NCBI RefSeq assembly: GCF_006345805.1
Contig: NW_021835463.1
Coordinates: 1 to 64,000 of the forward strand
Direction: 5' to 3'
DNA length: 64,000 nucleotides
DNA from: Octopus sinensis
Lineage: Eukaryota
The notes under the pieces were generated by a model. It did not search any database, was not told the origin of the DNA, and saw only the letters and a list, made by a program, of their open reading frames with translations. The position numbers were made by a program, and so were the translations under genes. Of this stretch, positions 61,301 through 64,000 are shown piece by piece (positions within the stretch are counted from its first letter, which is position 1; each line of letters begins with the position of its first letter).

Positions 61301-64000
61301 AAATCAGTTGCATGTAATTCAGGGGCATGTAATTCAGGTGCATGTAATTCATGGGCAGGTAATTCAGGGGTATGCAATTCAGGGGCATGTCATTCAGGGG
61401 CATGTCATTCAGGGAAGGTAATTCAGGGCTAGGTAATCCAGGGGCAGGTAATTGAGGGGCATGTAATTGAGGGGCATGTAATTCAGGTGTATGTAATTCA
61501 GGTGTATGTTATTCAGGGGCAGGTCATTCAGGGGCAGGTAATCCAGGGGTAACTAATTAAGGGGCAGGTCATTCAGGGGCATGTAATTTAGGGGCAGGTA
61601 ATTCACGGGCATGTAATTCAGGTGTATGTAATTTATGGGAAGGTAATTCAGGTGTATGTAATTTATGGGAAGGTAATTCAGGGGTATGTAATTCAGGGGC
61701 ATGTCATTGAGGGGCAGGTAAATCGGGCATGTAATTCATGTGCGGGTAATTGAGGGGAAGGTAATCCAGGTGCAGGTGATTTAGAGTAATGTCATTCTTT
61801 GGCAGGTAATTCAGGGGCAGGTAATACAGAGCAATGTAATTTAGGGGAAGGTAATCCAGGGGGAGGTAATTTATAGGAATGTCATTCATGGGCAGGTAAT
61901 TCAGGGTCTTGTAATTCAGGGGCATGTAATTGAGGTGCAGGTAATTGAGGGGCTTGTAATCCAGGTGTATGTAATTCAGGGGCATGTAATTCGTGGGTGG
62001 GTAATTCAGAGGAATGTAATTCGGGGGAAGGTAATCCAGGGGCAGGTAATTCAGGCGTAATTCAGGGAAAGGTAATTTAGAGGAATGTCATTCATGGGCA
62101 GGTAATCCAGGGGCATGTAATTCAGGTGCATGTAATTCAGGGGCATGTCATTCACGGGCAGGTAATTCAGGGGCTGGTAATTTAGGGATAGATAATTCAG
62201 AGGCATGTCATTCAGGGGCAGGTCATTCAGGTACATGTAATTAAGAGGCAGGTAATTCAGGGCCATGTAATTCAGGTGCTTGTAATTCAGGGGCACGTAA
62301 TTCAGATGCATGTAATTTAGGGGCAGGTACTTCAGGGGAAGGTAATTTAGAGGCATTTAATTCATGGGCAGGTAATTTAGAGGCATTTAATTCATGGGCA
62401 GGTAATTGAGGGCCATGTATTTTAGGGCCAGGTAGTTCACGGGCAGGTAATTGAGGGGCATGTCATTCAGGGGCAGGTAATTCAGGTGCAGGTTATTCAG
62501 GGACTCAGGGGTAGATAATTCAGGGGCATGTAATTCAGGGTCAGGTAATTCAGGTGTATGTAACTCAGGGACAGGTAATTCAGGGGCATGTAATTCATGG
62601 GCAGGTTATTCAGGGGCATGTAATTTAGGGGCAAGTAATTTAGGGGCAGGTAATTTAGAGGAATATTGGCAGATAATTCAAGGACATGTAATTAAGGGGC
62701 ATGTAATTCATGGGCAGGTAATTTAGGGGCATGTAATTCATGGGCGGGTAATTGAGGCGAAGGTAATCCAGGGGCAGGTAGTTCAGGTGCAGGTGATTTA
62801 GAGGAATGTCATTCATTGGCAGGTAATTCAGGGGCAGGTAATTCAGGGGCAGGTAATTCAGGGGTAATTCAGGGAAAGGTAATTTAGAGGAATGTCATTC
62901 ATGGGCAGGTGATTGAGGGGCAGGTAATTCAGTGGCAGGTAATTCACGGGCAGGTAATTCAGGGGTAATTCAGGGACAGGTAATTTATAGGTATGTCATT
63001 CATGGGCAGGTGATTGAGGGGCATGTCATTCAGGGACAGGTAATTCAGGGGCCCATAATTTAGGGGCAGGTAATTCAAAGGCATGTAATTCAGGTGTATG
63101 TAATTCAGGGGCAGGAAATTCAGATGCAGGTTATTCAGGGACATGTGACTCAGGGGTAGGTAATTCAGGGGCAGGTAATTCAGGTGTATGTAATTCAGGG
63201 GCATGTAATTCAGGTGCATGTAATTCATGGGCAGGTAATTCAGGGGCATGTAATTCAGGGAAGGTAATCCAGGGGTATGTAATTAAGGGGCAGGTCATTC
63301 AGGGGCATGTCATTCAGGGGCAGGTAATTCATGGGCATGAAATTCAGGGGATGGTAATTCAGGGGCACGTAATTCAGGGGCATGTTATTCAGGGGCATGT
63401 AATTAAGGGGCATGTAATTCAGGTGCATGTAATTCTGGGTTAGGTAATCCAGGTGCATGTAATTCTGGGTTAGGTAATCCAGGGGCATGTAATTGAGGGG
63501 TAGTTAATTCAGGGGTAGGTAATTCAGGGGCATGTAATTCAGGGGCATGTAATTCATGGGCGGGTAATTCAGAGGAATGTAATTCAGGGGAAGGTAATTC
63601 AGGGACAGGTAGTTTAGAGGAATGTCATTCAGGGGCAGGTAATTCAGGGGCATGTAATTTAGGGGCAGGTAATTCAGGTGTATCTTATTCTGGTGTATGT
63701 TATTCAGGGGCAGGTCATTCAGGGGCAGGTAATTCAGGGGCATGTATTCAGGTGTATGTAATTCAGGGGCATGTAAATCAGTTGCATGTAATTCAGGGGC
63801 ATGTAATTCAGGGGCAGGTAATTCAGGGGTATGCAATTCAGGGGCATGTCATTCAGGGGCATGTCATTCAGGGAAGGTAATTCAGGGGTAGGTAATTCAG
63901 GGGCAGGTAATTGAGGGGCATGTAATTGAGGGCCATGTAATTAAGGGGCATGTAATTCAGGTGCATGTAATTCAGGGGCAGGTAATTCAGGGGCAGGTAA
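52372..64000. repeat. 15-bp satellite array, consensus TAATTCAGGGGCA(T/G)G, ~775 units, runs off the window end
   Basis: Continuous tandem units with recurrent variant monomers. Confidence 0.98.

Noticed and set aside
53309-63836. Reflectin or another known cephalopod repeat protein
   Set aside because: No MDMSNY/RYMD reflectin motifs; ORFs are broken. Kept only as a hypothesis about codon bias.

Overview
This is a repeat-rich, intron-containing animal genomic window. Its tRNA-derived SINEs, microsatellite density and transposon mix look like octopus/cephalopod DNA (inference from memory, not a search). (1) A complete six-exon nucleoside hydrolase gene (IU-NH family, 337 aa) lies on the + strand at 1213-14209. 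All splice phases check out, it has a possible 23-aa mitochondrial presequence, and it carries a second intact, diverged copy of its terminal exon at 18173-18496. (2) A convergent two-exon minus-strand gene (25634-25626 joined to 19439-19158) would encode an unassigned 96-aa protein; its poly(A) signals sit next to that of the duplicated exon. (3) There are many transposon remnants: CR1/L2, RTE and HERO-like LINEs, Penelope, Gypsy, Helitron, mariner, Tc1, hAT, Merlin, MITEs and SINEs. (4) From about 37 kb the window holds repeated composite blocks, a 34-bp minisatellite and an 11.6-kb 15-bp satellite running off the end. That satellite's variation looks codon-position biased in one minus-strand frame. 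No rRNA, tRNA gene or CRISPR array is supported. Repeat boundaries are by eye and approximate.
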